A stretch of 62,996 bases of DNA, filler included. It is 11 parts of 11 records of this genome, joined end to end, with 100 filler letters (N's around TTAATTAATTAA, not from the genome) between each part and the next. Parts side by side here need not be neighbours in the genome. Positions count along the whole stretch, not along the records: positions 32,716 to 35,852 come from SRR7504441_13551; positions 35,953 to 40,189 come from SRR7504441_13552; positions 40,290 to 43,450 come from SRR7504441_13573; positions 43,551 to 48,088 come from SRR7504441_13580; 7 more parts are not named here. One strand, written 5' to 3'. Under the pieces are notes generated by a model. It ran no database searches and was not told the DNA's origin. It worked only from the letters and a program-made list of their open reading frames with translations. Shown here in pieces: positions 32,962-45,453 of the stretch (the first letter of the stretch is position 1; every line of letters starts with the position of its first letter). Made by a program: the position numbers and the translations under genes.

Positions 32962-35852
32962 TCAAGTGGATGCTTCTGCGAGCTCGAGCCTCAGCCGCTC
33001 AATCTCTTGATCCTTTCGCTCCAGCTGCTCCGTGAGCGCTTCGACTAACCTCAGCTGCGAGTCCGTGACTCCATCATCAAACTCATCCTTAGCTCTAGTG
33101 GCAGCCGTAACAGCAAAGTCCCGCGCGTCCGGCTCAGCGCTGCCCATGACCTTCTCAAATCCTGACCGATCGACCGGCAGCCCAATCAGCCGCTTAGAGT
33201 GCAGCAGCCCGTGCTCCACAGCGTAAGAAAACAGCGCTTCGCACGCAGCCGACTGCACAAATCTACCGGACAAGAGCACAACGCACGCATCGCTGTGTGG
33301 GTTGAGCCGGGCGCATGCCTCGTACCATTCAAATTCATCCGCTTGAATCAACTGATCTGTTGGATCGGAGCTGTTCCCGTCACGTGCCATCGACCTGCGC
33401 GTCACCTCAATCCTCGAAAACGCCTGGCCGCGCTCGTTCTGTGCGGTCAGCGCGGCCGCTAGCGCGGCGGCGTGCTTTCTGTCGTGAGAGTCGAACAGGA
33501 AAAGCACCCGGGTCGAACTCGGGGTGGCGGGGGCCTCCTCAGCGGCCTCTGCCCGGCTCCTGGGCGACAGTTCATGCAACAGCATTCTGACGTCTTCCCC
33601 CAACGACCCCTCAGGTGGGATGCTGGCCGTTGGCAGGATGCGCAGCATGCTGGTCAGGCAGCGATACTTGGGCACTCGCTCGCGCGTGAGCGCCGCCTCC
33701 GTCTTGTCTCGCTTCACGTGACTCCTGATAGCTTCGGCCACCAGCCCTACATGCGCGCTGTTCAACTGCAGATCCTCATTCGCTGGCACGCGGTTCGCAC
33801 GAGACAGCAGACAACTCAGGAAAGGGTGCGTGGCGGTCCCGTATCGTGGCAGCGACAGCCGGACTGGCAAGAGCCCAGGGTGCGGCCCGCACCGGTACAG
33901 AGACCCGTGCAGCGCTCGAATGCACGCGTGATCGTCGTACAGCGCGGGCGTGACCAACGGAAGAATCACGGGCGCCGCACGCAGCTGCGCTTGACTCTCT
34001 GAGCTCTGGCTGCTCTCGGCCGTCATAGCCGTTACAGTCATCCCGTGCAGCTCTTTCAACAAGCTGCAGAGCTTTGTTGCAGCCGGTTTGTCCGTTACTG
34101 CACACAGCACCACCCCGAGCAGCTGACTCCCACAGCACTCGGCCAGATGGGCGCCCAGCGCGTCCCCAAGTCGTACAAAGTTCGCCCAAAACTGGTCGAA
34201 AAAGCTCATTTCGTGCGTAAACCTGAACTGCTCGGCTGCGGTCAGTCCGGCGTAGAGGCCGGCACGGGCCACTTGAGCCGGGTCCTCCGACTGGGCCAAC
34301 TCACCCAGTGCAAGCCGCCACTCCTGCTCGTCTGCTATCACGCCTGCAAGCCACAATCTCACGATGCGTGCAGGCGCGCGCACTGAATGTGGGCATCTGG
34401 AGCTCGGCCGCTCTCCGGACTTCGTCGTGGCATGCCCCAGAGCCGAGCATTGAAGCCGAGATGATCGGCAGGAAGGCGCTCGATTGCTCCAGTTCTCCAA
34501 AGTACCACTGCCGCCAGTCATGCCCCGGAGGGACCTGCCAGCCGCTTCAGAGGGCTGTGCTGACGGAGCGCGCACCATGGTGCCATCCTTGGTTACAATC
34601 CCTACAGCCGCCAGGCACCGCGCCAGCCGCTTCATCTGCATCACGTGCGTAGATCTGTAGCTAATCATCGCGAATCCTGTGTGAGCGGGCACAGCTGGTA
34701 TCCGGAGCTCGTGCTGCGCGAAGAACGCGTGTCCCAGGACGGTATCCATGCTCTCCGGCCGATCGAGCGGGTGCGGGTGCCGCCGTCTCTTGACGCTATC
34801 ATACCCATAGCTGCCCGAATTGCCCAGCAGGCACCACGCGATTAGATCTTGCGTAGCGAGCCGCTCAGCGGGAGAGATCAGCCGCAAGTGGGCCGCTTGC
34901 TTGAACACTTGGTCCAGCAGCGCTTGGTCGATCACGCTCCAATGCGCGAGCACGCTGGCGTCTGAATCGCTCCGACAGACGTCGTCGTTCAGGTCTTTGG
35001 GCAAGAAAGCAAGCCCGCTGCTCAGCTCGTAAAGCACCTACCCGCACAGACTCACACCAACAGGCATCCCGGCAGTATTATCAGTGTTAGCTGCACCAAA
35101 TTACTAGTTTGCGCACCACGCCAAACTGCCAGATGTCCTGCGCCACCGAGGCCTTGATCGTCGGCTGGCCGGGCTGCGGCCGCCCGTCCACACGGCCGGC
35201 GATCAGCCGCTGCTGCCACTCTGGCGGCAGATAAGCCTCGCTGTACTTCACTAAAGTCCCGCCATCGACCTCCACTCCGGCCCGCTCGGACCCGATACAA
35301 GCTGACGCGTCAAAGTCTATCAAAGACCATCCCATCTGGCTCTTGGTCTTGACAATATTCCTTGGCTTGAGGTCTGCCCAGTTAGTGTCACACCCCGTCT
35401 ATCGTGCTGCAGCCACCGCCATGGATCAGCCCGGCCTGATGCAAATGCCTCAGCCCCGTAGCCACCGCCCGGCAGATCCGCTGCACCCCCCCAAAGTCCA
35501 CCCCGGCGATCCAGCGCATCCTGATCTCGTCTTCCTGCCGTTAAATACAGTTAGAAATGCCGTTAGAAATGCCGTTGGGACCAGGCTCTTCTCGGCCCAT
35601 TCCATCACCAGCACGCACCGCCAGCCGTTGCTCTCGGCACCGGCCACCGGCACCAGCTTGCTCCCCAGCCCGAGCCCGGCCATCGCCTCGCACTCGGACT
35701 CGGGCACGTGTATTCGGATTATCCCGAGCACAGTGTCGGAGGCGGCTGGACTAAGCTGCTGACGGACTTGCACTTCCATACGCAGAAACGCCGTGGTTGT
35801 GCTCGTCTTAAGAGCCACCTGCGTGCCGTTAAATGCCGTTATAATGCGGTTA
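32962..35852 (-). CDS. Ser/Thr protein kinase with C-terminal TIR-like repeats, 5' truncated
   Basis: VALK, VLVMEWAE, HG|DLKPRNIV, LIDFD, DIWQFGV|VLYEL; downstream FAMISYRS, PVILPLVTP, VLFLFDSHD..CVVLLSGRFVQSAAC TIR_2-like segments. Confidence 0.75.
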
Positions 35853-35952
35853 NNNNNNNNNNNNNNNNNNNNNNNNNNNNNNNNNNNNNNNNNNNNTTAA
35901 TTAATTAANNNNNNNNNNNNNNNNNNNNNNNNNNNNNNNNNNNNNNNNNNNN

Positions 35953-38524
35953 TGTCGGCTACCTTCGCGAATGGCGCGCCGAAAGCTCCCTTCATCTGAT
36001 AGTTTGTTTCCTAGCGCCTGCCATTGGGCGTGAATTTCTTACTATTGAGGTGCAGCAATCACCACAGCATACACAGTGGCAGCCAGCGAAAACAGATCGG
36101 CTAGCCGCAGATCCGCACAGCGCTCGTTCATCAGAGCTGGGCACACATAGCGGCCGTCACCTGCTCTCACACTCAGCTCCTGCCAGACGGCACTGAGCGC
36201 CTCCAGAGCCAGCATCTGCGCGGCCTTGTGCGCCATCAAGCAGCGTGGCCAGCCCGAAATCGCCAATCTTGAGCAGGACCTCGCCTTGTGGCAGTAGCCG
36301 GCCGTTTGAGCCCGGCTGAGTGGCCACTGCTGGTTTGGCAAAAGAGATGAACACATTGGCCGGTTTGAGGTCCAGGTGCACCATCGATGCCTGGCACTCT
36401 CAGTCACAGCAGCTGGTCATAAACCGTTAGGGTACCAGGTGGATGTGCTCCAGCCCTGCGAGCATCTGGTCCAGCATCGCCCGCACCTGTGGGTCCGTCA
36501 CGAACCCTCAAACAGCACTGCACTCACCACTCTCTCTGACATTGGCAGCTCCGGGATGAGCCCTGCCACCAGTCACCGTCAGCCACAGTCAACCAGGCCC
36601 GGTGGCTCTCAGGCCACAGCGCCGTCGATTACCAAGCGATCGCGAGAGTGGACGCACACACAGCTCGGTCACCTGTCAGCAGTCGGTCAACTCAGGTGTT
36701 AAGAGGTCACTCACGATAAACAGCTGACGCGGCGGGCCCTCCTCCTGCCAGGGACATTCTCAGCCACAATCAACAAGGCTCGGCCAATTTCAGCCACAAA
36801 TATTGTCGGTTGCCTGCCACGAATCGTAGTACCGGAGTACGTGCTTGTGCGAGAGTGCAGCCAGTGCAAATACCTACATTTTGTGTGAATCGAACTGGAT
36901 TCGGTTTCGCACCTCGGTTCGGGCCTTAGTCAGGTGCGTGCTTGAGTGGATTTGCAGCTTCTTGACGGCATACAGCGCCCCATCAAACCTGATCCCCTGG
37001 TTACGCAAGTATCGAGACAGCCGTTTGGGAGGAATCCCTAATCAAGAAAGCATCGCACCTCTTCCGGCAGCGGCAGACTTGGCAATTCGAGTTGCTGGCT
37101 ATGCTCTTGACCTGGTCCAACCGTTGGGGTTAGGGAGCTCCTAGCTCGGCACCTCCTCAAACTCATTCCGGAACCTTGAATCTGTCCTCACCTCGCGTGG
37201 TACCTGGCACTGCCTGACTAACACGGACTCAGAGCACGGCACCATCACACTGCGCATTTGCTCAGCATCAGAAAGCGGCGGTAGGAATGGATTTTGCCCG
37301 ACCGGTTCAACGCGTACTGCCCGAGAGCTGGGCTGCTGCAGCAATCCTCAGTCAGGTGCGGTATTGCCTAGTTGGGAACGGCTGAGCAGCGACTCACCTG
37401 GCTGCGCCGGCACGACTGGGAAGCATCGGCCCGTCGGCGCTTGAGCCCAACCATGCTGCAACCAATCAGTACTGATCGGCAACCAGGGCAGCACCAGGCA
37501 GGCTGTGTGGAGGCGCCAGGCTCTGGTGAAATCACTGCCGCCTGCACCAAAACAGGATGATTCTGTCGTTGGGAATATGTCGCGGCACCTGGGCTAGGGC
37601 CGCCTCGACACACCGCTCGCCGCGCCGCCGGGCACCGGTCAGGTTGCTGTCCGAAACCTGCCCGTGACGTTCAGCTGGAATCTGCGGCCTGTTGCTGTCT
37701 GGCACCTGCCTCGAGGGCGCCGTGGGCTTGGCCGGAGCCGCCTTCGCTGGTTTGGCCGGGGCTGCTTTCGTTGGTTTGGACGGGGCTGCTTTCGCTGGCT
37801 TGGCCGGAGCTGCTTTCGCTGGTTTGGCTGGAGCTGCTTTCGCTGGCTTGGCTGGGGCCGCCTTAGCCGCCTGCACCCGCAGGTTTATCCGAGACTTGCA
37901 GCGCAGTGACCTGTTGTACATTTGCGGCTGATGGCAGCAGCGTACGGGGCCGAAGTTCCTGCGACATGGCCTGCGACGTTGCGTCGTTGGCCTCCTCCGC
38001 CAGCCCTGCGCCCCAGGTGAGCGCTGCAGGAGCGAGACACAGACCGTTGGCCGGGCCGGGGCTGCTGCTCGACTGCTCCACTTTCGACTTGCGCCGCGAC
38101 GGGCCCTGCGTGCCGTTAGAAGCGAACGGGTTGCCGATAGTCACCTGCTGCGGTGTGGGCGGCATCAGCCGAGGTTCCTTGGCCTGCCCCCGCGGCTCAG
38201 CGGCGGCAGACGATCTGGCACCTGCGGCTCGGGGTCCCATCCTAAAGCGAACATGGCGCACTGGGGAGTGCACACGGGCAGCTCCTCGCCCCGGGAGAGC
38301 CCGCTCGAGTGCCGCGACAGCTGGCTGAGGCAGAGCTCCTCCAGGAGCGGCACAGCGGGGGCTTTGGCTGACGACTGCTGCATAAAGCAGTCCAGCGAGG
38401 TCTGTTTGCGCTGCCGGGCCGCGTGCTTGCGCACGCTCGCCGACTTCCTGATCATTCTCGGCACAGCTTGCTGATCATGTTGCGTCTTCCGCCATCGTTT
38501 AAAAATTGACAACGGACTCTCCAT
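35953..38524 (-). CDS. Wee1/Myt1-like protein kinase, many tiny introns, long disordered N-terminus, 3' truncated
   Basis: SRF..EFEE, YAVKK, YYDSWQ, HLDLKPANVFI, KIGDFGLA, GDGRY, ADLFSL; N-terminal exon connectivity only partly resolved. Confidence 0.75.
37725..37870 (-). repeat. 24-bp coding tandem repeat encoding (AKAAPAKP)n, about 6 copies
   Basis: Repeated GCTGCTTTCGCTGGYTTGGC units on the + strand; translation AAKAAPAKPAKAAPAKP. Confidence 0.9.
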
Positions 38525-38591
38525 CCAGTCGGCAGGTCCACACGAAGCCGAACACCGACAGCGAGACGCATCCGGAGGAGGGAGGCCGATC

Positions 38592-40189
38592 ATGATGATC
38601 GGATCTCGGGCTGCTTTCGCCGTCGGGCTGCGTGCCCCTCGGTCGTCGCCGGGCGCCTCGAGGGTGGTGGGAAGCTTCGCGCAGTCGCTGCCGTTCCGGA
38701 TCCGTGCACCGCTGGCGGCGCTCAAGCAGAAGAAGGCGGCGGCTCTGCCGGCCGCACAGCCGGAGACCGGGCCCGTGGCGGGAGAGACCATGTGGTCTGC
38801 CCGCGCCCGGCCCAACTACCTGTCGCTCACGCTCACTTCGAAAGTGTATGACGTTGCCCAAAGCACGCCGCTCCAGCGGGCCCCTCGGATCAGCGAGCGG
38901 CTGGGCAATGGGCATACGGTGCACCGCCCGGCTGACTCGCCGGTCACGGCGGCCGGCAGTGCCTTCTCAAGAGGGAGGACCTGCAGCCGGGCTCGAGCTT
39001 TAAGCTGCGAGGAGGTGCCGGGCCGGTGTGGCCGGTGTGAGCCGCCCGCAGCGTACAACGCAATGTACCATTTGAGTGACGAGGACAAGGCGCGCGGGGT
39101 CGTCACCTACTCGCGCGGGGCGCATGGCCGCGCGATAGCCCTGGCAGCCCAAGCGCTACAGGAAGCCAGCCGCTGAGGCTCGGGAGAGCTGGCGTGCAGG
39201 TCCCAACCACTGTGGTGATGCCGACTACCGCCGACCACGAGCAGCAGCGCGCAGTGCAGCGGCTCGGGTGCACAGTGGTGCAGCTTGCGCGGGCCGGCGC
39301 GAGGCTGGAACCAGGTAGTGCACGGGTCGACCCCGCAAGATGCCGAAAGCCGCGCTATGGAGCTCGCAGCAGACGGAGAGCTCCGATTCCTGCCGGGGTT
39401 TGACCACCCGCACATGATCGCCGGGCAAGGCACTGTAGCTATGGAGATTGTGAACCAGCACCGGACCAGCAGCCTCGACGCTATCTTCTGTTCAGTTGGT
39501 GGCAGCCGTGGCGGGGCTCGGTGATGAATGGTATTCAGGAGGAGGCGACCTCTTGGCGGGGGTGAGCGCGTACATCAAACAAGTGTGCCCTGGGGTCAAG
39601 GTGATTGGAGTAGAAGCCGAGGGAGCTACTACGATGACCCAGTCACTTGCCGCTGGTGCTCCTGCCCGGCGGTGTGCAGGCTGACAGCGGGGCAGGCCAC
39701 CGAGTCGTCTGCGATGACGTGTCACGCTTTGCTGATTCTGCTGCAGTTAACCAGGTCCGTGCTGGCGGCCGTGTCCGCTGATTGTAGCCCCCAGGTGGGA
39801 GAGGAGGCCTTCACGCTGTGTGACGCGATGCTAGACGACATGCTCACTGTAACAAACGACGAGATCTGTGCGGCTATTCGAGACGGTCGGTTGGGTCGTT
39901 ATGTCAGACTTAAAGCCCGGTTCTGGTGTAACTGTCCAGTTGTGTGCTAAGAGTCCCGCGCCAGCAGACCTGTGATAGACTGTCTCAGCGTTTGAGGACA
40001 CTCGTGCCATGCTCGAACCCGCTGGGGCGTTAGCCATTGCTGGGATGAAGAAATGGGCTGCACAGTCAACCCACGTCAAACCCGGTGCCTGGCCACTGGC
40101 TCGGATGCTGGATCAGCTCGCAACAGGAAGCAACTTCGTGGCCATAACCTCCGATGCCAACATGAAATTCGACCAGCTGCGGTACTTTT
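38592..40189 (+). CDS. ilvA: Threonine dehydratase (PLP fold II) with transit peptide, multi-intron, 3' truncated
   Basis: [83 protein letters not shown]. Confidence 0.85.
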
Positions 40190-40297
40190 NNNNNNNNNNN
40201 NNNNNNNNNNNNNNNNNNNNNNNNNNNNNNNNNTTAATTAATTAANNNNNNNNNNNNNNNNNNNNNNNNNNNNNNNNNNNNNNNNNNNNTCGCGGGG

Positions 40298-41487
40298 ATG
40301 CAGGCAGAAGGGCTGACGCCATTGTGCGTGACAAATGGGGATCAAGCGCTGCTGGAGCAGCTCCTCGCACAGTTCGCGCCGTGGGTAGTTGACACTCGCA
40401 CGTTCGTACAAGGGTCTATCCTTACTAAGGTCAAGTACCCCGATGCAGTGGAGGCTGCACGCCGAACTACTGTGGGAGCAATGCGGGCTGGCCACAAACT
40501 GTGCATTGACTTGCAAGACCAGGCGCCGAATTTCGAGGACAGGATCTGCTCCCGGCGGCAGTACAATCGACAAATCCCATCACAGCTCTTCTCAGCAGCA
40601 GCCGAAAAGTCCGGATGGCAGGTGCGCTCATTCATCGGCATGCTGGGCTTACCAATTGAACAGGCTCAGATGTTCAAGGCAGCGGAAAGAGAGAACGGCG
40701 TTGCGAAAGTGAAGCCCGGTTTTGCGGTCTTGATGGCCACATGCTGCCGGCTGAGCGAATTCGAGCAGTCTATCCAGGCTCAGTTTAGCAAAAAGCTGTG
40801 GCGCAAAATTGCCATACTGAGGGTGGAGGACGGCAGCATGGTGACGAGTCTGCTGCGTGTACAGTTACTCGGGGGCAGGCCGAGCGCGCTCCCGCTGTCC
40901 TTCTAGAGGAAGTGCTCGAACATGCTGCCCAAGAGTACCACAAGGTGCTGGACATTCCAGGCTCGCCAGATGATGTTGCGGCCACCTGGCTCAAATTTCA
41001 GCACACAGTATCCATTGATGTGCCAAGTGACCGTGCTGGCCAGCTGAGGGTGCAGTGACAGGTTCGAGATTACCAGGCCCAGATTCGATCAAGTTCATCA
41101 AAGCAGGTCGAGCTGGCCAAGGAATCAGTACGATGCAAGATTCTCCAAGCTATGGTGTTGGGCAACTACCTGCACCTACAGCTCGGCGCAGCCACACCGG
41201 ACTTTCAGCAAATATGCGATGACCAGCACTTCCCCCTTTGCATATTTGAGCAGGGGGCAATTGAATCGCCGGCCGCCACACAGAAGCTACTCCGTGACTA
41301 CGACTTTCATCCTACAGGTGGCGCCTCCCGAGCAGCCTATGCTGTTGCCTGTGGTGGCTCGTTTTTTGTTCGATCAAATACATTTCGCGTAGTGATTACA
41401 TCGACTTTGTCTCTCGAAGAATATCGATGCAGTATTGGGTCAAAGATGCCTTTGTGGAAATTGCATGTTGTTGCTTTGGAGAACTGA
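40298..41487 (+). CDS. Hypothetical protein with two similar alpha/beta repeats, 5' truncated
   Basis: Spliceable ORFs; two segments AM..G..L.(I/L).L..AP.F..IC..P..F..F.V..T; weak resemblance to dynein AAA5-like/IQANK1 region. Confidence 0.4.
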
Positions 41488-41651
41488 GTTCCTTTTGTAA
41501 TCACTACAGTATACCGTAAGAGTACATAAAAAGAACATGCTCATGAATTGGATACATGCAGTTACTCGGGGTAAGTTAAGAATACAATAAGAAACAATTA
41601 CTTGTACATGCACATGTGCTAGATACCACGAATCGGCTAGCCACAAAGAAC

Positions 41652-43450
41652 TTAGGGTTCGGTGGTTTCAGCAATCAATATTTGTGCCAATTCCTTTGGA
41701 AGATAAGAGCCGAGCTGTGAATCCTGCCCAGGGATCGCGACTGTCTGGTTGTTCATACAGGCCTGGAACAACTCGTTGGTCACAGATAGTACTGTACAGG
41801 CCTGCACCCTCCTGTCTTGCTTTGCTGGATTGCCATGTCCACGAGTCATCGCTCGTGCATAGCGTTGCCAACTCGTCATGTTGTCGCTGCCACCCAGCCA
41901 GCTGCGCGCAAGTGCATCCCACGAGGCAGCAGATAGATCGTTGAGCCCATAGTACTGCTTGGCCGAGTGGTCCAGACGCCACAGAGGCCTACCAGCGGCA
42001 TTTGATCCGTCAAGGTCCACCCAGTACTGGTCATAATCCAAGATCTCAAAGCTCTCCAGGTCGTAGTGGTATACTCTAAAGGCCGGATTGCCTCCATTCG
42101 GAGTGCCGCTCCCGGATATATAGGTCACGTCCACGGGGGTGTTGCTATTATCTCTCAACACTGTGAGCCAACTCGTGTGCGAATGACCTGCAAAGCTGGC
42201 CACAATTACATCTGAGTATGACGCGGTCACGTTCTTGATCCGTTCAGCGAATCCTCCGCTGAAGTCGCTGATGGGACAGTGTCGAAGCAACAGCACCTTC
42301 TCTCGCCTGGCTCTCGCCTGTGTGAGAACATCCTCGAGCCACCCAAATTGGCCTGCCACATCAGCCTGGCTTACGCTGAAGAACCAATTGCCCGAGAAGC
42401 CACCATTGAACATCGTGGAATGCATCACCACCGCGCGCAACCCAGGCCCCACCGGCAGTTGATAGAATCCCCCATATGAGAGTGTACGATATGCGTCATC
42501 GGATAGCCATGGCCGCCACAGCTCCGCAGCCCCGCTGTAAAGCCAGCCATCAAGGCCCGGACCGCGGAACTGGTTCACTGGCACAGGCGCGTGATTGCCA
42601 AACGTGTTCACCACCGGCCTGCTAGGTACAAACTGGCCAACACTTGCTCGACCCCGGTATGGCTTCCCGAAACTCATGTTTCTCTCGAGCTGTGAGACGA
42701 ACTCGATTGCTTCCAGATTGGCCTCTTCCGTTTGGGCCCACACATCGTGCGCTGGGTCGTCCCCTGTGTTCAGCACGAAGTCGGGAGCCACCTCCAGAGC
42801 CCCGATAGTCTCAAACATGGACGTGGCCAGCGCCGGCGAAAGGTCGCACGCCCAGTCGCCAAACTTGCCCGCACGCTTGTCGGCTGGACCTGGGGGGCTT
42901 CCGGCCCAGCAGCAAATCGGCTCGCCGCAGTCTGTGTTGGCGCCCTCTGCGTAGCCCATCTGCAGATGAAGGTCTGTGACGTGGACGAAGCTGCCTGAGG
43001 GCCGGCCCCAGTCGGGATAGCGCGCCCCCCCAGAGCTGTCTGAGAGGTTGGACCGGACAGTCGGGGGTGGTGGAGCCGGGGCCGGGCTGGCGGGGCAGGC
43101 ACCCAGCATGCGGCACACCTCGGCAGGCGCAAATTGTTCCACGAGCTGCTCGATTGTGCCAGCCTCCAGCGGCATCAACCCTTTACACAGGTCTGTGCAG
43201 CCCCACGTCCCAGCGCTGGGCGTCGGGTGGCACTGGCCGGTGCCGTTCGTCCGCTCACAGATAGGAATCGCGGCGTCGACGGCCAGCTTGCCAGCGGGGC
43301 CTCGGGCAGGCCGCAGCGCGGTGAGCGCCAGCTTGCATCCGTCGCATTTGAGCCAGCTGCCCGAGCCGGCACTGATCGCGAGCAGATTGATCAGGGCCAG
43401 CCCCCGAAGTTGGCAGGCCCTGCTCGTAGCCCGAGGACCCAGGCGACGAG
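41652..43450 (-). CDS. Acid sphingomyelinase-like metallophosphoesterase with saposin-B domain, 5' truncated
   Basis: CDGCK..C..C..EVCRMLGAC saposin pattern; VTDLH, DCGEPICC, FGDWACD, TGDDPAHD, GNH, FAGHSH, NPAFRVY. Confidence 0.9.
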
Positions 43451-43726
43451 NNNNNNNNNNNNNNNNNNNNNNNNNNNNNNNNNNNNNNNNNNNNTTAATT
43501 AATTAANNNNNNNNNNNNNNNNNNNNNNNNNNNNNNNNNNNNNNNNNNNNGATGTGTCGTCGAGCCAGCGTTGAGCCTCAGGGTGGCGGGGACCGCAGTG
43601 AATTGTTTTCGGGCGGAGTCACGACCACCGTCCACCGGTGAGCTGACCCTGTGGGAGGGTCCGGCGCTGCGCTCGGCTCACTTAGAGTTCGGGTGCAGAT
43701 AGCCCTGGCGACCGCACCGTAACAGT

Positions 43727-45453
43727 ATGCCGGTCATCATAAGAGGGCCGTGGGCCGAGGAGATCAGGTCGCGCGATGCGGCGATGCAACGGGCGCTGTG
43801 TCTAGGCAAGGCGGACCCGGCTAGTCCGCTCTCGCGTCTAAGCGAGCGGCTTCTGGAGGTCATCTGGCGGCTGTTCACCGACCGACGGCAGCTGGCGCAC
43901 CAAGCCAGTTTCTGGGTGAGCTCCGGCGGGCTGTGCTACGGCGCGCGGCACAACATCAGGGTGGGAGCGAGCACTGATCTCACTACACTGCGGTCTGGGG
44001 CCCCAGGGTGGGGCTCGCCGGCGGGGCTGGTCGGGACTGCGCTGAGTCAGAGCCATCACTTCAACACACCGGCGCTGGATGGACAGTGGAACGCCTACAG
44101 ACTGGCCGACCGGCGCGGGGCCGCTCAGGCCTGGCTTTGCTGCCACATCAGCGTCGATCCGGAGGCCGAGTGCAGCCACATTCTGGATGTGGCCCACAGC
44201 CCGCGCGAAGGGGGACCAACTGGGACCAGCAAGGAGGTCTGGCGGCAGGGCGTGTTTGTGATCAACCGTTACGACTGGCATCATTACGACGATCGTGGGC
44301 GGGATGGCGAAGAGGATGACGAGGAGGCGTGGGGCTCGTTCGAGACAGGATACGGTGGGCGATTGATTCTCTAGCTCAGGCTAGAGTCGTGAGCCTGGGC
44401 AGGTGTCGGGCTTGTAGACTACGGCTGGGCCCATGCGGACAGCAGCGAGTGGAGTGAGCATGGCTTGATTGTGATTGCAGCCGGCGAGTATCAGTATGGC
44501 CGGATTGGTCACGTGGACGGTGATCATCGCAGTAAGCATTCAGACTGACATTTGGGCCAGGGCAGGCCTGCTCCTTCCTGTACTTCACTGCCGAGACTAT
44601 GTTCGAAGACCTCTACTTCGCGGGGCAGTCCTCGCCACTCTATCTGCCCCTTTCCGAGGCCGAGCGCTTTGAGCAGCTCATCCTTGCTGGCGAAAAGTTC
44701 CGTGGCTTTCGTGAGCTGCGGCGCCGGCGAGAGGTGAGAGATGTCTTCGTCTCACAGAACGTCACAGAGGTCCAGGGCGGCTGTGCAGATGTGCCCCAAA
44801 AGTATAGAAGTACGATGAAGGGGCCGTTTGGTGGCGAGAGGCTGTTCTTGGGTGCAGAGCTGGTGGCCCTCGGCCGGACTCGCTGGGGGCAGTTGGACAC
44901 TGAGCTGCCGATTCGTCCAGAGTTCAAAGATAGCGTGTGCGAGCTTATTGACGAGCTCTTAAAGAGCTTTCTGGCCCATGCGATCATCCCAAAGCTGGGT
45001 TGTGCAGAGCTAGCATCGGCTGTATTTCCGAGGCACTCGAATAAGGGCAGTTTGGATCATTACATGCACCCACTGCTGAGCCCCAAACCACTGCCTGAGG
45101 ACCTCTCAGAGTATAATACGGCCCCGGAGGGCGTGAACCGGGCTGCGGTTGCGGACAGGCTGGAGCGTTTTATGCAGGTTGGCAGCGTGTCGGCTCGAGT
45201 ATGCATAATGTGTGAGTATTTGTTAGCGGAGGTCCTGGAGATCGCGCAGAATTCTGCATTAGACCAGTGCCGCAATCACATACTGCCAATGGACGTTAGA
45301 TTGGCTGTGGCTGGTGGTTCTGATGAGGATCTTGAGGAGATGCTCGGCCATTGCCGAGTGCTGTGGGTGCCACCAGATGATGAGTTGCCGGAGGCGCCCA
45401 GGCCCAAGTGCAAGTTGTGGGTGCATCAAATCGTCTATGAGGTACGCGCGTAA
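43727..45453 (+). CDS. Hypothetical protein with C-terminal H2A-like histone-fold segment
   Basis: ORFs 43727-44374 and 44599-45453 join via two short GT-AG introns; CEYLLAEVLEIAQN..ILP.DVRLAV..DEDLEEML. Confidence 0.6.

Noticed and set aside
25228-35852. Apparent defence cluster of RecQ-RdRP next to kinase-TIR (and RBR ligase on the other side)
   Set aside because: The genes are on different contigs separated by linkers; adjacency is arbitrary. Only the SDR shares the contig with RecQ-RdRP and has no evident link
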